Source: Somniosus microcephalus
Lineage: Eukaryota
Assembly (NCBI GenBank): GCA_052327205.1
Contig: CM126224.1
Location: forward strand, 29,078,001 to 29,142,000
DNA: 64,000 nucleotides
Direction: 5' to 3'
Shown here: piece by piece, positions 36,229 to 49,000 of the stretch
How the letters are laid out: every line of letters begins with the position of its first letter
Numbering within the stretch: position 1 is the first letter of the stretch
Notes under the pieces: generated by a model
What the model saw: the letters and a program-made list of their open reading frames with translations, nothing else
What the model was told of the DNA's origin: nothing
Database searches by the model: none
Program-made: the position numbers and the translations under genes

Positions 36229-37950
36229 CACTCCAGCTACCATAATGGTACTTTTGAGTGAAACTTCCAATTTATACTAAATTGTTAGCAATTATGAGCT
36301 GCGCACTACCCAAACTCTCGTCCTCCAGAACCCTCGGAACCGGTTGGGAGCCTTCATCCAGTTAATGAATATGCTACGCAATTCTGGAATTTTTTGTTCT
36401 TACTGAAAATTTTTTATTTGGGGAATAGTTCTCCCTAAACAACTTATCTGCTCTCTTTTAAAAAAAAATTATGATATTGTTACTGTTCCTCCCCAGAAAC
36501 CTATAGAGATTAAGGGTGCCATGAGAATACTTGAAAAGGACATAGCAGCAGATGCACAGCATCCTGGAGCTGATTTCCGTCTCGGACGTACATTGGGCAG
36601 GTGGCGGGTGGGGCATATGTTGTGCTGTGCCCGCCCCCTGACGTCGATGGGAGGCCCGATCCACTTTCATGACTGGACCTCATTTAAATTCAGGTGGTGA
36701 GCTGCCAGTGCAAATCGTGCTGCTTGTAGGGTGCTCGCTGTTTTGAGTGTGTGGGAAATATGACCGGGTAGAGACTGAAGTGGGCCTGCAGCAGCACCTT
36801 AAGGGGTAGGGCGTCAATGGAGCAGCACATTAAAGTGGCAGGGAAAAATGTAGAGAGCACATCAAGGAGCAAGGAATTGAACTTAAGGGAGCCTCTAAAA
36901 CTTAAGAGTCTCAAAAATAATGAAGCAGAAAGTCATTGCCAGACTTGCTTCTGGTTTATCCCGACTGCATAATCCCTTTAAGTAGCGCTGCAAATAGCCG
37001 CCTTCCGATCTGTAATGCCCACGGTTTTGTGGACGGGTTGAGGAAAAAGTCAGGACAATGCTGATTGGCATGAAGATGGCGTTTGTGCCCTGATAATGTC
37101 ATAGATCCCTCATTTTAATATATTAATTATGCCCCATTGGCTTTGGGCAGGAGTGGTCATTGTACAAATTTAGGCCCACCCATAACTCGCAATGGGCAGA
37201 ACTCCCGAGCAGTCAGCAACTTTACTGTGATTTTCATCCCACTACAAAACACAGGGCAGTAGGGAGACGGAAAGTGTACCTTTTTAATATGTTTCATTTC
37301 AAAATGTTTCACTTTTGTGCTTAGAAATATATCTGATACCTTCATTTTCAAATCCATATCTAAATTCTAAGTATCTGATAAAAGGCATGGTGTGATATAC
37401 AAGATTAGGCATATCCTTAAGAGGTCTAGAAGCTGCCCTCTAGTATGATTTTAGTCTTGTGGACTAAATTGTTTAGAGTGAAGTGATCATTTTACTTTTA
37501 TTAAAGAACCTCCCTCACTGTGCTAGGCTAATGAGTAGTAATTTAATCATTTATGTGGTCCTTAGAAAGTGGAAATCAAAATCATGTTGATACATAGGTT
37601 CTGTGACAGTTGCAGTCTAACTTAAAAAATTGGGAGGAAAACTTGTTAACCTTTGTATTTATCAATAAAGTAATGAATGTATTCTTGTGCAAAATGGCTT
37701 TTTATTTGCACCCATGAGCCTGACCTGACTTTCTCCTCATCCTCAACACTCGTGAATTGTCTACCAATTCCAGCAGTTTTTCACAGTGGAGCATGTTGGG
37801 GTTAGGGCAAGAATTGACCAAACTCATCACAACCATGACAGTTGAGTTGGCTTCACCTGGTCATAAATGCAACTCTGATCTCAATTGTTTCCCAATATCT
37901 CTCCTTAAAAAAAACACAATAAAATAAAATTAATGTTCCAATATGCTTAC

Positions 37951-38886
37951 CGTGAAGGCACAAGGGACCTGCATATGGCCGGAAACAATCGCACTTATAG
38001 TTCGTCCACAGATCCACACACTTCCCATTACTGTTACATGGGTTCTGACGGCACCAGTTTGTCCTTTCACAGCCAAGTGTAAAACTCCATGCCATATTTT
38101 CTGAAATTGTTTGTGGCAATATAAGACTCTTATCAATTTCCAAATCCTGAAAGCAACCAGTAAAATGATCCTGAATTGAAAGGTACGTTCCTGGGTAGCC
38201 ACCAATGTGCGTTGTCCTAAATGAATCCAGTGAAGGAAGGGTAGCCGCACTAATGTGCTTCGAGTCTGAGCAAGTGTCGTTTGGACAACTAGGATGAGAT
38301 AAGTTTACCAGGAGGTCTTTCCCCAGAAGAACCGTTAACTGATGCCACTCACCATCATTAACTTGATGAATGAATGTAATGCTAATTATCTGACCATTTA
38401 TCACAGCTATGGACATTAGCTGGCCGCTATAAAGTTGAATATGTATGTATTCATCGAGTAGATCTCCTCGATAGATTAATAGCACATTTGGTATGGTTGT
38501 CCTAAAGCGTAGACTGATGCTAATTGGCTCATCATCTGCAGCTCTCCTGCTCTGATTACCATCTGGCATTTGTACAATCACATAGCCGCTGATTAAGGAG
38601 AACGTTGTTGAAGTTGAACAAGTAGCATCATAAAAGCCAGGAGGACATTTGCAGATGTAGCTGTGAGTGTTATCCACCAAGTTTGGGATGCACGTTGCTC
38701 CATTGTGACAGCTGTGCTCAAGACAGCCAGCCAGTTGAATTGAACAGTTCTTTCCTCCCCACGTGACACCATCTTCATCCATTGGGGGGCAATGGCATGT
38801 GTAGTCTGCAATCACATCTTTACAGGTGCCTCCATTTTCACAAGGACTGTTCTCGCATTCATTGATATCAACTTGACATATCACCC
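37951..38886 (-). CDS. CRB2: Crumbs-family internal exon (936 bp; 2 EGF + laminin G1 + EGF)
   Basis: ttttttcctctcag|GG GTG ATA TGT ... CTT CAC G|gtaagc; ORF 37853-38884 with SLRFRTT, VNDGEWH and FTGCFQDL laminin-G motifs; phase 1-1. Confidence 0.95.
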
Positions 38887-39772
38887 CTGAGAGGAAAAAA
38901 TATCATCTTAAAACAGCTTCCTTGTTCTTTTAAAACAATATATCTTATATTCCTGCTTTTAAGTTCTGAATATAAATTATTATTTTGTAAAATGTCCCTG
39001 CCTTAGTGCTGTGGGATTCATCATCACAGTTACATTTTGAAGTGCATCGAGCTTGTTGATTGTTTCTTTCCTTCATTAGGGATAGACTAGTAACAGCTAC
39101 CTTGTCAAACAGAACTGTTTCACTCTGATTTAGACAAATATGTAGTGAACTCTTGTTTAAAGGACTTCCAAACTTAAAACCAAAACATATTAATAATATA
39201 TGTACATACCTTTTAATCCTCGATGCTGGTAGCTTGTGGCTTCCTGGGCCAGCTATATTAGTTTTCTGCTTACAAACTAACTGAAACAAACACTGATATT
39301 CAAGCTCCTCAACTGACAAGACATGCTTCATTGCTGTAATAACCATGTGGTCCAAAAAAAAATCTTCTGTTTGCCCTTTTCCCACTCTAGTTTCTGTTCC
39401 TTTCTCTTACCTCTCCTATTTTTAATTTTCTACCGCATATGTTTGAAATATGTTACTTGCCTATTTTTCCTTCACCTCCAGGGTCCCAGTTTCCATATTG
39501 TAGGTGGGAGCCAAGTGAAATTTTTTTTTAACTTTCTTTGGCTGAAATCTAGCTCCAAAGGTCAGTTTTTAGATCATTAAGGCTCAATAGTCTAACTGTT
39601 GACATTATATATCTTTGACATAATTTTCTCGCGTTAAATAGTGGAATCCTACCACACAATGAGTTATCTTGTCCGCTGCTCAGGCAGAGTGATCATAGCC
39701 TGTAAAAATAACAAGTATTTCAAAATCTTGATGGCACAAGATACTGGAGCTCCAACACAACAGAATGGCAGA

Positions 39773-40290
39773 AGGTGATGGTGGGGGATTCAGCGATGGT
39801 AATGCCGTTGAATGTCAAGGGGAGGTGGTTAGACTCTCGCTTGTTGGAGATAGTCATTGCCTGGCACTTCAGTGGTGCGAATGTCACTTGCCACTTATCG
39901 GCCCAAGCCTGAACCTCGTCCAGGTCTTGTTGCATGCGGGGTAATGACGGATGAGTGACTTCAGTTATGTGGAGAGACTGGAGTGGGGAGATGAGAATTT
40001 TATGTTTTTACAGCGTGAGTTGTTGTAATCTGTTTGAAAGGGTGGTAGAAGCAGATTCAATAACGTTCAAAAGGGAATTGGATAAATAATTAAAAAGGAA
40101 AAACTTGCAGGGCTACGGGGGAAAGAGCAGGGAGCGTGGGACTAATTGGAGAGCTGTTTCAAAGAGCCAGCACAGGCATGATGGGCTGAATGGTCTTCTT
40201 CTGTGCTGTATGAATCTCTAATGAGCTGGGATTGTTCTCCTCAGAGCAGAGAAGGTTAAGGGGAGATTTGATAGAGGCGTTCAAAATTGC
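39773..40290. mobile_element. Adjacent HER1-like (minus, 39773-39940) and CR1 (plus) fragments
   Basis: MQQDLDEVQAWADKWQVTFAPLKC, followed by CR1 3' end gggtggtagaagcagattcaa...gggctgaatggtcttcttctgtgctg. Confidence 0.7.
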
Positions 40291-40601
40291 TTTTCTTTTA
40301 CCACCTACTCCATGAAGAGAAAAATCACCTTGGCATATTCTTTCTGCACCTCCTACTATTGTAGAAGAGTGGCTGACAGAGTTTTGGGGAAACTACTTGC
40401 CCTTTTACCTAGGTTATGGTGCAAGATGAAAGAGGAAAAATTGAAAATGGTTTCTTTTTTACTTTACAGTGCCATATTTCACACAAATTACTGGTGCGCA
40501 CCCATTGCAGTAGCAAGCTACCAGATTGAATCCGGAGAGAGAGGACCACAATCATACATAAGATTGTACTTTCACATCAGAAAAATCTCAGAAGTGCTGT
40601 T

Positions 40602-42050
40602 ACATAAGAACATAAGAAATAGGAGCAGGAGTAGGCCAATCGGCCCCTCGAGCCTGCTCCACCATTCAATAAGATCATGGCTGATCTGATCCTAACCTCA
40701 AATCTACTATCACTCTCCATCCCACCCGAACCCATGTGATCTCCCGGGAGAGGCGAAAAACCAGATAAAAAACCCAATGGCCAATTTGGGAGAAAAAATC
40801 TGGGAAATTCCTCTCCGACCCATCTAGGCGATTGAAACTCGTCCAGGAGATCACTCTGTCCCTGTATTTCCTACAGTACTTACCTTTTGTAAAAGGTGAT
40901 CTCCACCCCAGCCAGGAACAGGCCCAATTTACTCTTGAAGGACACCTAGCTGGCAGCCTGTTCGATGTCTCCACTAATCCCTGTGAATAGAACCATCTCC
41001 TGAAATCTAACACAGAATTAGAACACAAGAAGTAGGAGCAGGACCAGGCTACCCGGCCCCTGGGCCCGCTCCACTACCCACAGGGCCATGACCATTCCGA
41101 ACCTAGACTCATGTCCAATTTCCTGCCCGCTCCCCGTAACCCTTAATTCCCTTTACTTCTAGGAAACTGTCTATTTCTGTTTTAAATTTATTTAATGATG
41201 TAGCTTCCACAGCTTTCTGGGGCAGCAAATTCCACAAACCTACTACCCTCTGAGTGAAGAAGTTTCTCCTCATCTCAGTTTTGAAAGAGCAGCCCCTTAT
41301 TGTAAGATTATGCCCCCTAGTTCTAGTTTCACCCATCATTGGGAACATCCTCACCGCATCCACCCGATCAAGCCCCTTCACAATCTTATATGTTTCAATA
41401 AGATCGCCTCTCATTCTTCTGAACTCCAATGAGCAGAGTCCCAATCTACTCAACCTCTCCTCATATGTCCACCCCCTCATCCCCGGGATTAACCGAGTGA
41501 ACCTTCTTTGTACTGACTCGAGAGCAAGTATGTCTTTTCTTAAGTATGGACACCAAAACTGTATGCAGTATTCCAGTTGCGGTCTCACCAATACCTTGTA
41601 CAACTGCAGCAATACCTCCCTGTTTTTATATTCTATCCCCCTAGCAATAAAAGCCAACATTCCATTGGCCTTCTTGATCACTTGCTGCAACTGCATACTA
41701 ACTTTTTGAGTTTCGTGCACCAGGACCCCCAGATCCCTTTGTACTACAGTACTTTCCAGTTTCTTGCCATTAAGATAATAACTTGCTCTATGATTTTTCC
41801 TGCCAAAGTGCATAACCTCACACTTTCCAGTATTGTATTCCATCTGCCAAATCTCTGCCCACTTACTTAGCCTGTCTATGTCCCTTTGCAGGTTTTTAAT
41901 GTCCTCCTCACTCACTACTTTCCCTCCCATCTTTGTATCATCTGCAAACTTTGATATGTTACACTCGGTCCCCTCCTCCAAATCGTTAATATAGATTGTA
42001 AAGAGTTGGGGACCCAGCACTGACCCCTGCGGAACACCACTAGTTACTGT
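40602..42050 (-). mobile_element. CR1 LINE 3' portion with open 303-aa ORF2 C-terminus and composite 3' UTR
   Basis: ORF 41109-42020 LGPQLFTIYINDL...FADDTK...VRPQLEYCIQFW...GIKGYG is uninterrupted. Confidence 0.9.
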
Positions 42051-44139
42051 TGGCAGCCTTGGTTTAGATAGATCCAGGCACTTTTCATATTATGCTCAGG
42101 AAAGCATCAGAGCTCTGATAATGTCCAATAGCTGGTAGATATAATAATACTTTAGGGTTGTCTAATTCAACCGCTTCCAAGACACAAACTGTGTTTAATT
42201 TTAAGGAAACTATCTGTTGAATTGTTTTTATTTTATTTGACACTTAAAAAAAAATGTATGCACAACTCTCTCCCCCTCCACTGGAATTAAATAAGATTTA
42301 TGGGTGGATTGTTAAGTCCACATTTATAATAAACAAAAATATCAGCAATCAGAGCATAGTGAGAGGTTCAGTACAAAATCATTACCTGGAGACATTATAT
42401 GATTCCTCTCTCAATCTTCTGATATTGTACATGTCATTAGATCGACCGACTATCGAAAGAAAACCTTTATGTTGTTTTCAATTGACTTGTTACTCTGTGA
42501 TCTCAAACTATTTTTTGAACTGTGTTTCTAATGTGGAAAGCCCCTGATGGGCGACCGTCACTTGTGCAATAGCTTCAGCTTGTAAAATGCAACAATTAAA
42601 ATGTGTCCATCAGGCCAATATATCTTCATCTAAGTGCAAGACTCTTAAACAGCAAAATACCAGCCCTGCCCTCATTTTTGATATTTCTATATTAATCACA
42701 TTTTAACTTTTAATAACTTATTTTAACTTGCAGGGTGTTTTTTGCGAGTTATATTTCTCTCTTGATTATTTTTGAGTCTAGCACCATGTTTTACATCATT
42801 GTTTTTCTTCACTGGAGCATTTTCTTTTGTGATGACCTGCCCAGTCAGCTCGGTTTTAATGCCACCTTGGTAACATTTGCTTTTTGTTTAACGCCAGCAG
42901 CCAACCTCAGCAATTACACCCTACACCTCCCTTACACTTCCTGTTTCAAACCCTGTAATTTGGTTTCCAACCAGCACAGATACTGCTCTTGTCCAAGTCA
43001 ACAACAATATTCTCTGTGACAGTGACTGTAGTCCATTTTTGCTCCTCGTAGCTGGCTGCTGCTTTTGACATTGTTGACCATTGTATCCTCCTCCAAAGTC
43101 TCTCCTTGGCTTCGTAGCACTTTCAGCCGTGTAACTGCCTTTTCAAAATCCCTCCTTATCTCTTCCCTGTCTGATTTCAAAATCCTATTAAAGTCTTTAC
43201 TTTTCAACTGCTCGTTAGCTCCTGCCCTTAAATCAACTCAACTCAACCTGTCCTTCACCCTTCCACTTAGTGTCCATTTCATTCCCCAATCTGTAAAGCA
43301 CTCTGAGGCGTCTTTCTGACATAGTATAATCTATTTTGTATCCTGTTTCTGTACGTATTGTCTACTCTTCACATTCTGCACCATCACCATTGAAAATCCT
43401 GCTAATGCTTTTTTTTTAGAATTAAATAAAAATTATATTGACATTTAACACTGTATTTGTATACAGTTATACAACTTTATGAAGCAAATCAATATATCTA
43501 GCTTTTGTTTGGGCTTTTTCCCTTGTTCCTCGCTTAGCTGAGTCCCCTCCACCCCCCCTTAATTTACTCCATTGTTAAATGGTATAGATAAGGTCATTCA
43601 AGGTAAGCCAAGGCAAAGAACAGGGGACACCGACTAAAATTGATGTCATCAATTGTCTTCCAGGTGGAGTGGTGAAAATGAAAACCTTTGATTCATTCAA
43701 GATCCAGATAAACGATGTGGTGGGGAGATTACATTTATTCTGTTTAGATGGTTGAGCTAACATGGCCAAAAATGTCTCCCATCTATATTCATCTTGTGAT
43801 CAAAAGAATGGAACAGTTCAGACATGGGCATTGCTACAGGCACACCTTGACCAACTAGTTAGGAATTACACTTAAGTGTTCTGGGCAGAGACCTGTCCTT
43901 GGGCCAGTTTTCTCCCGCCTTCCAAAAAATAACCAGATAGACTGATGAAACTTGTCTTCAGGAGAACCTCAAGTAGAATTGTCTGTTGAGAATGGAAGTT
44001 GAGCTGTAGGACTTCCTAATGTGGAGTCCATGCTGTAGCATTATGTACTAGATTGTTCCAGCTTCATTATCATTTTTGTTTGAGGGAAAATGAATGTAAC
44101 AGTCATGACAAATGTCATCTTTCAGACAAAATTCCTTTT

Positions 44140-44748
44140 AAACAAAATAACAACAGAAAATGCTGGAAAAACTCAACAGGCCAGGCAACATCCGTGGAGA
44201 GAGAAATAAAGTCAACGTTTCGGGTCAAAACCCTTCCACGGAACTGAGAGAAAAGGCAGGAAATGAAACAAAAGGCAGTTTGGGGGCTGGGAAATGGGGG
44301 AGGGGATGAAAGAAGAGACATTACGAGATATTCAAGGTGAGACGAGATAGTAATAGGACAGGTAAAGAAACAGACAATGGCTCTAGATGAAGTGTGAAAT
44401 GCGCTGGCAGAGTGAGAGACAGCTGCCATGTGGGAGAGAGAAAAAAGGGAAAGTCACAAACCAAAAGTGTGGATAAAAAATATAAAAATATAATAGGGGC
44501 CGAGGTTATGATCTGAAGTTGTTGAACTCGATATTGAGTCGGGAAGGCTGTAAAGTGCCGAATCGGAAGATGAGGTGCTGTTCCTCGAGCTTACGGTGAG
44601 CTTCCGTGGAACAATGCAAGAGGCCGCAGACAGTGAGGTCTGAGTGGGAATGGAACGATGAATTGAAATGACAGGAGATCGGGGTCACCCTTACAGACTG
44701 AACGGAGGTGTTCCGCAAAGCGGTCACCCAATCTGTGTTTGGTCTCTC
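44140..44748 (-). mobile_element. Penelope-like element fragment (GIY-YIG endonuclease C-terminus + terminal repeat)
   Basis: GETKHRLGDRFAEHLRSV and HFNS..HS.SDL...RKLEEQHLIFRFGTLQPSRLN, frameshifted. Confidence 0.8.
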
Positions 44749-45360
44749 CTTTTAAACAACCTATTTTCTCCATATCAATGTAGTCTCACCACTGCTATTC
44801 TTACAATTGGTTTTCATTTTGTTTTAAACAATTTTCTTTCTCCCCCTATCCCAAATGTTTGCCTTATTGCAATGTTCCCTTGGTTTTTGAGGAAGGTGAA
44901 TGCTCTCTGCTGTGGGATTCTTCACATTCATCAGTATGAGTCTGTGATCTCCCAATGGAACACACAGTGAAGCAGGGACAGCTGCTTTAATTTCTTTCCC
45001 ATCCTTGAACCCCATCCCTGGAGCTACCCAGCTGGCAGCAGTAACTGTTTTTATGTACAATTTTTCAATGATTCGGATGTTGATAACTGTGGAAAGGCCT
45101 TAACATAAAATAAAAGTTATTTGGACTTAAAGTGTAGGAATCAGAAAAAATCGTTCAGACCATCCACCTTGCTCTGTTATCCAAACCCTGACTTAGGTCC
45201 TGATCTGACCATTTTTCATCTCCTACTCAGACCCTTGTCTAATTTGTATTGAACCAGGAATTGATCCAAGCATTGTGAATGCTTCAAGTGAGCCAACACC
45301 ACTGATCTGGTAACCATCTGTTCCACAAGTCAACAAACATTAAGCACAAATAAGTTATTT

Positions 45361-45752
45361 CAACAACAACAACTTGCATTTATATGTCACCTTTAACGTC
45401 CCAAGGCGCTTCACAGGAGCGTTAGCAAACAAAATTTGACACCAAGCCACCATAAGGAGATATTAGGGTAGATGAGGTAGGGTTTAAGGAGCGTCTTAAA
45501 GGAGGAAAGAGAGGCGGAGAGGTTTAGGGAGGGAATTCCAGAGCTTGGGTACTCGGCAGCTGAAGGCACGGCCGCCAATAGTGGAGCAATTAAAATCAGG
45601 GATGCGCAAGAGGCCAGAATCTGAGGAGCGCAGATATCTCGGAGGGTTGCAGGGCTGGAGGAGGTTACAGAGATAGGAAGGGGCGAGGCCACGGAGGGAG
45701 TTGAAAACGAGGATGAGAATTTTAAAATCAAGGCGTTGCTCAACCAGGAGCC
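45361..45752 (-). mobile_element. L2-type LINE 3' end
   Basis: Homologous to 10628-10950; caacaacaacttgcatttatat tail. Confidence 0.75.
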
Positions 45753-46404
45753 AGTGATTAATTTACAGCTTCCTTGTGTGATTAGCCAAGTCCTCTGATT
45801 CTTGTAATCTAGTTTGCACAAGGTACCTGTTGACATCTAGATTTAATGGCAGCTTGGCTCAGTTGTTGGCACTGTTGCGTCTGAGCCAGAAAGTTGAGAG
45901 TTCAAGCCCCATTAAGCTGACAATTCAATGCAGCATTGAGAGTTATATGAACCTTTTTTTTACAGTCAAAACATTACACATTTGCAATTAAAAAAAAAAA
46001 AGTTTTCAAAATAAATTGCATTATCCAGTGGGACCCACCAGAACCTATAATTGTATTACAGCCATCAGGCGGCCCTTTAGAGGGGAACCGTACTGTTTGT
46101 GGAATAAGCAGAACAGCATTCAGATGATTCCTTTTATTCGGACATTACTGCACATCAATAAACACTCCATGCATCTCGTTCATTCATACTGTAGAAGAGT
46201 CTACATCAACATTTTTTTGTTAGGTCAGTTTTATGCTGTGATTTGTACCCCCAGGGATCTGAATGAATGCCTGTGATTGACTTACCATCACAAAAGGTAA
46301 AAGTAATCCTTCACCATATTCATCTGAGCTGTGTTTAAACCAAGGTCTTCGACTTCCTCTCTGGCTCAGTGGGTAAGTACACACTGTTACTCAACGGTTG
46401 CAGC

Positions 46405-47130
46405 TAGAACATAAGGACAGGAATAGGCCATTCAGCCCCTCGAGCCCGTTCTGCCATTCAATGAGATCACGACTGATCTTTATCCTAACTCCACCCACCT
46501 GCTTTGGCTCCACATCCTTTTGTACCCATGGCTAGCAAAAATCTATCCATCTTAAATTAAAAATGATTAATTGAGCTAGTTTTGAAAACAAGGTTTTTGA
46601 GGAAGAGAGTCCCACACTTCTACTACCCTTTGCTCTGATTATAAGGTTATGTCCCATTGTCCTAGACTTCCCCACCAGCAAAAATAGTTTCCATATTCCC
46701 AATCAATTCCTTTCCAAATCCTAAAAACGTCAATCAAATCACCTCTTAACCTTCTATATTCCATGGAATACAAGCCTAGTTTATGTAATCTCTCCTCATA
46801 ATCTAACCCTTGGTGCCCTGGTAACATAGAAACATAGAAGATAGGAGCAGGAGTAGGCCATTCAATGAGATCATGGCTGATCATCCAAACTCAGTACCCT
46901 GTCCCTGCCTTCTCCCCATAACATTCTGGTGAATCTGCACTGCACTCCTTCCAAGGCCAGTTTATCCTTTCTAGGTGCGGTGCCCATAACTGTACACGGT
47001 ACTCCAGATGTGGTCTAACCAGGACTTTGTACAGCTGCAGCAAAAATTCCTCCTTTTTATATTCTAGCCCTCTAGTTATAAAGGCTAAAATTCCATTAGC
47101 CTTTTTGATTATCTTTTCTACCTGACTATT
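46405..47130 (-). mobile_element. CR1 fragment containing a nested ~90-bp CR1 3' end
   Basis: LGLYSMEYRRLRGDLI; the nested piece is flanked by taacat at 46822-46827 and 46919-46924. Confidence 0.75.
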
Positions 47131-47304
47131 ACTGGTCAGGTCCCAGGTTCAGTCCCTTGCCCTTTGCTCAGTTTTGTGAGGGTGCACCAATTGGAGTAAC
47201 AAGAAGCTTAATTTTCCTGGGCTAAAGAGGCAAAAAGTCATCCGCAGTTGCTGTTTGCTATCCAATGTCCCCTGCTGCCAAAGTATGTGAGTGTGGATTT
47301 CAGG

Positions 47305-47495
47305 TGAGGACATAAATAAAAACAGAAAATGCTGGAAATACTCAGCAGGTCAGGCAGCATCTGTGGAGAGAGAAACAGAGGTAACGTTTCAGGTTGATGA
47401 CCCTTCGTTCTGACCTGCTGAGTATTTCCAGCATTTTCTGTTTTTATTTCAGATTTCCAGCATCTGCAGTATTTTGCTTTTGAGGACATAAATAA
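47305..47495. mobile_element. Palindromic Penelope-like terminal-repeat insertion
   Basis: Perfect 40-bp inverted repeat 47314-47353 / 47410-47449; flanking 15-bp direct repeat tgaggacataaataa. Confidence 0.75.
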
Positions 47496-48684
47496 CATTG
47501 GCTCTGATGTCCATCCCTCTCCATGTTTTTAACAGACTGGCTGCTTGTATTATCTAGTCTGGCCACTTGGATAGAGGGCAGAGGGCAGCCAGTATCCCAG
47601 ATGTGAGTCACGAGAGAAGAGAAAATTGGTATATGTAGTATAATGTAGCAGGTTCGAGAAGTGAAAGGACAATATTTCATTGACTTGTGATTAGGTGGGG
47701 CTCTTTATGTAACTTGCCTATTCTCCATTCCCTCCTCCAACAAATGGTTCTTGCGGAGCCCTTTCCTGATTTCCGCCCTCCGAAGCATTTGTATTCGCTA
47801 CTGGCATTTTCAAACAGTGTAGATTTTATGCTAATTCATTAAAAAAAAAATTGTCCTCTTTGTGTTGGGGTTTTCAGTGGCCTGAGACAAGCATCCATGT
47901 GAAAAACTTTAAAAGTATGGATTTAAAACATGGAAATTTTCACACGATCTCTCAATACCATGTTGTGTTTTTGAAAAGAGAGCCAACATTTAACACCGCC
48001 AAAGTCCCTCCTCCCTACTGGATGCCCCCTTTCCACAGAACCCTTTCCTATATTAAAAAAGCACAAAAAATAAACTCTGCGATTGGAAAATCAGCCAAAT
48101 TTTCAAATTGTAAAAGAAATTCAATGTTCACGTGGAATATATGACCAGTCTTTTATACTTTTACCCACATGGAATAGTGTTAGTGCATCTAATGCTGAAA
48201 AAGTGGAATGTGGATACAATATAACTTTATACTGAATACTAATTGAGTTTAGACTGTATCCCTTTAAAAACTTTCATATAAGCTTCAATTTTAAAATGGA
48301 ATCAATCAATACTTCACAGAAAATTCACTGGCTCTCTAGTTAGTGAATTTGCATTTAAAATAAATACAAAGATAATGACTAAACGATTGCGGTCATCTGG
48401 CTTATTTTTGAAGATCCAACAAAATAACACGATATTGTTCTAAACGCAAATTGGAAAGAAACAAAATCGAGCTTTTCAGCAAAAGGCTAAACTGCACGTA
48501 AAAGTACATTGGATGGATCGGATTTAAAACGTTAAACAAACTAAAACAACAGCACAGTCTCTTTAGTGCACATCTTTCCGGGAACATGGCACTCCATTAA
48601 ACTGTAACAATAGGTTAAAATTAAGCTCCTGTTTCACAAAAAGGCAGTCTTAAATGTAAAATCAAATAATGATGACACCAGTAC

Positions 48685-48736
48685 CTGTAATGAGAAAAAG
48701 TCCATGAAAGAACACCTGAGAAAGGAAAGATTTCAT
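48685..48736 (-). CDS. Putative alternative first coding exon (signal peptide) of a short CRB1-B-like isoform
   Basis: accacaATG AAA TCT TTC CTT TCT CAG GTG TTC TTT CAT GGA CTT TTT CTC ATT ACA G|gtactg = MKSFLSQVFFHGLFLIT-G. The phase-1 donor joins the 38886 acceptor in frame (...LITGVICQVDINEC). A at -3. Confidence 0.72.
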
Positions 48737-48819
48737 TGTGGTTTTCCTGTCTGCATTTGTGCAAGTGTCCGACTATAACAACACACCGAGTGTGTGTGCA
48801 CTATCCTGGTGCCAGTCAG

Positions 48820-49000
48820 GCAAAAGCGATTAGTAATTAAACCAACCAGTATAAAGAGGGCTGCACTTTAATATAAGTTGGTCTCGCTAGTAATCCGCCT
48901 CTTTATCCCTTCCCAGCTGGCTCCTGTCGGGACTGACATGAAGAATGCTCGTCTCCTCTCTTTCTAGCATGTTATATATTGCTACAAAGGCCAATCACCA
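48820..49000 (-). promoter_or_regulatory. Candidate photoreceptor-type internal promoter
   Basis: TAATCC 48891-48896, CTAATCG (minus) 48827-48833, TAATTA 48834-48839, TATATTAAA (minus) 48867-48875 and CCAAT 48991-48995, all just upstream of the putative alternative first exon in sequence with no recognised repeat. Confidence 0.5.

Noticed and set aside
38540-38560. NQSRRAADD as a furin cleavage site
   Set aside because: Does not fit the R-X-X-R consensus.
41109-42020. 303-aa RT ORF as an independent gene
   Set aside because: It is the 5'-truncated ORF2 of a CR1 LINE.
48685-48715. Reading tctttcctttctcag as an acceptor for a tiny cassette exon
   Set aside because: It would give a 31-nt frame-shifting exon; the ATG-initiated signal-peptide reading explains the segment better.
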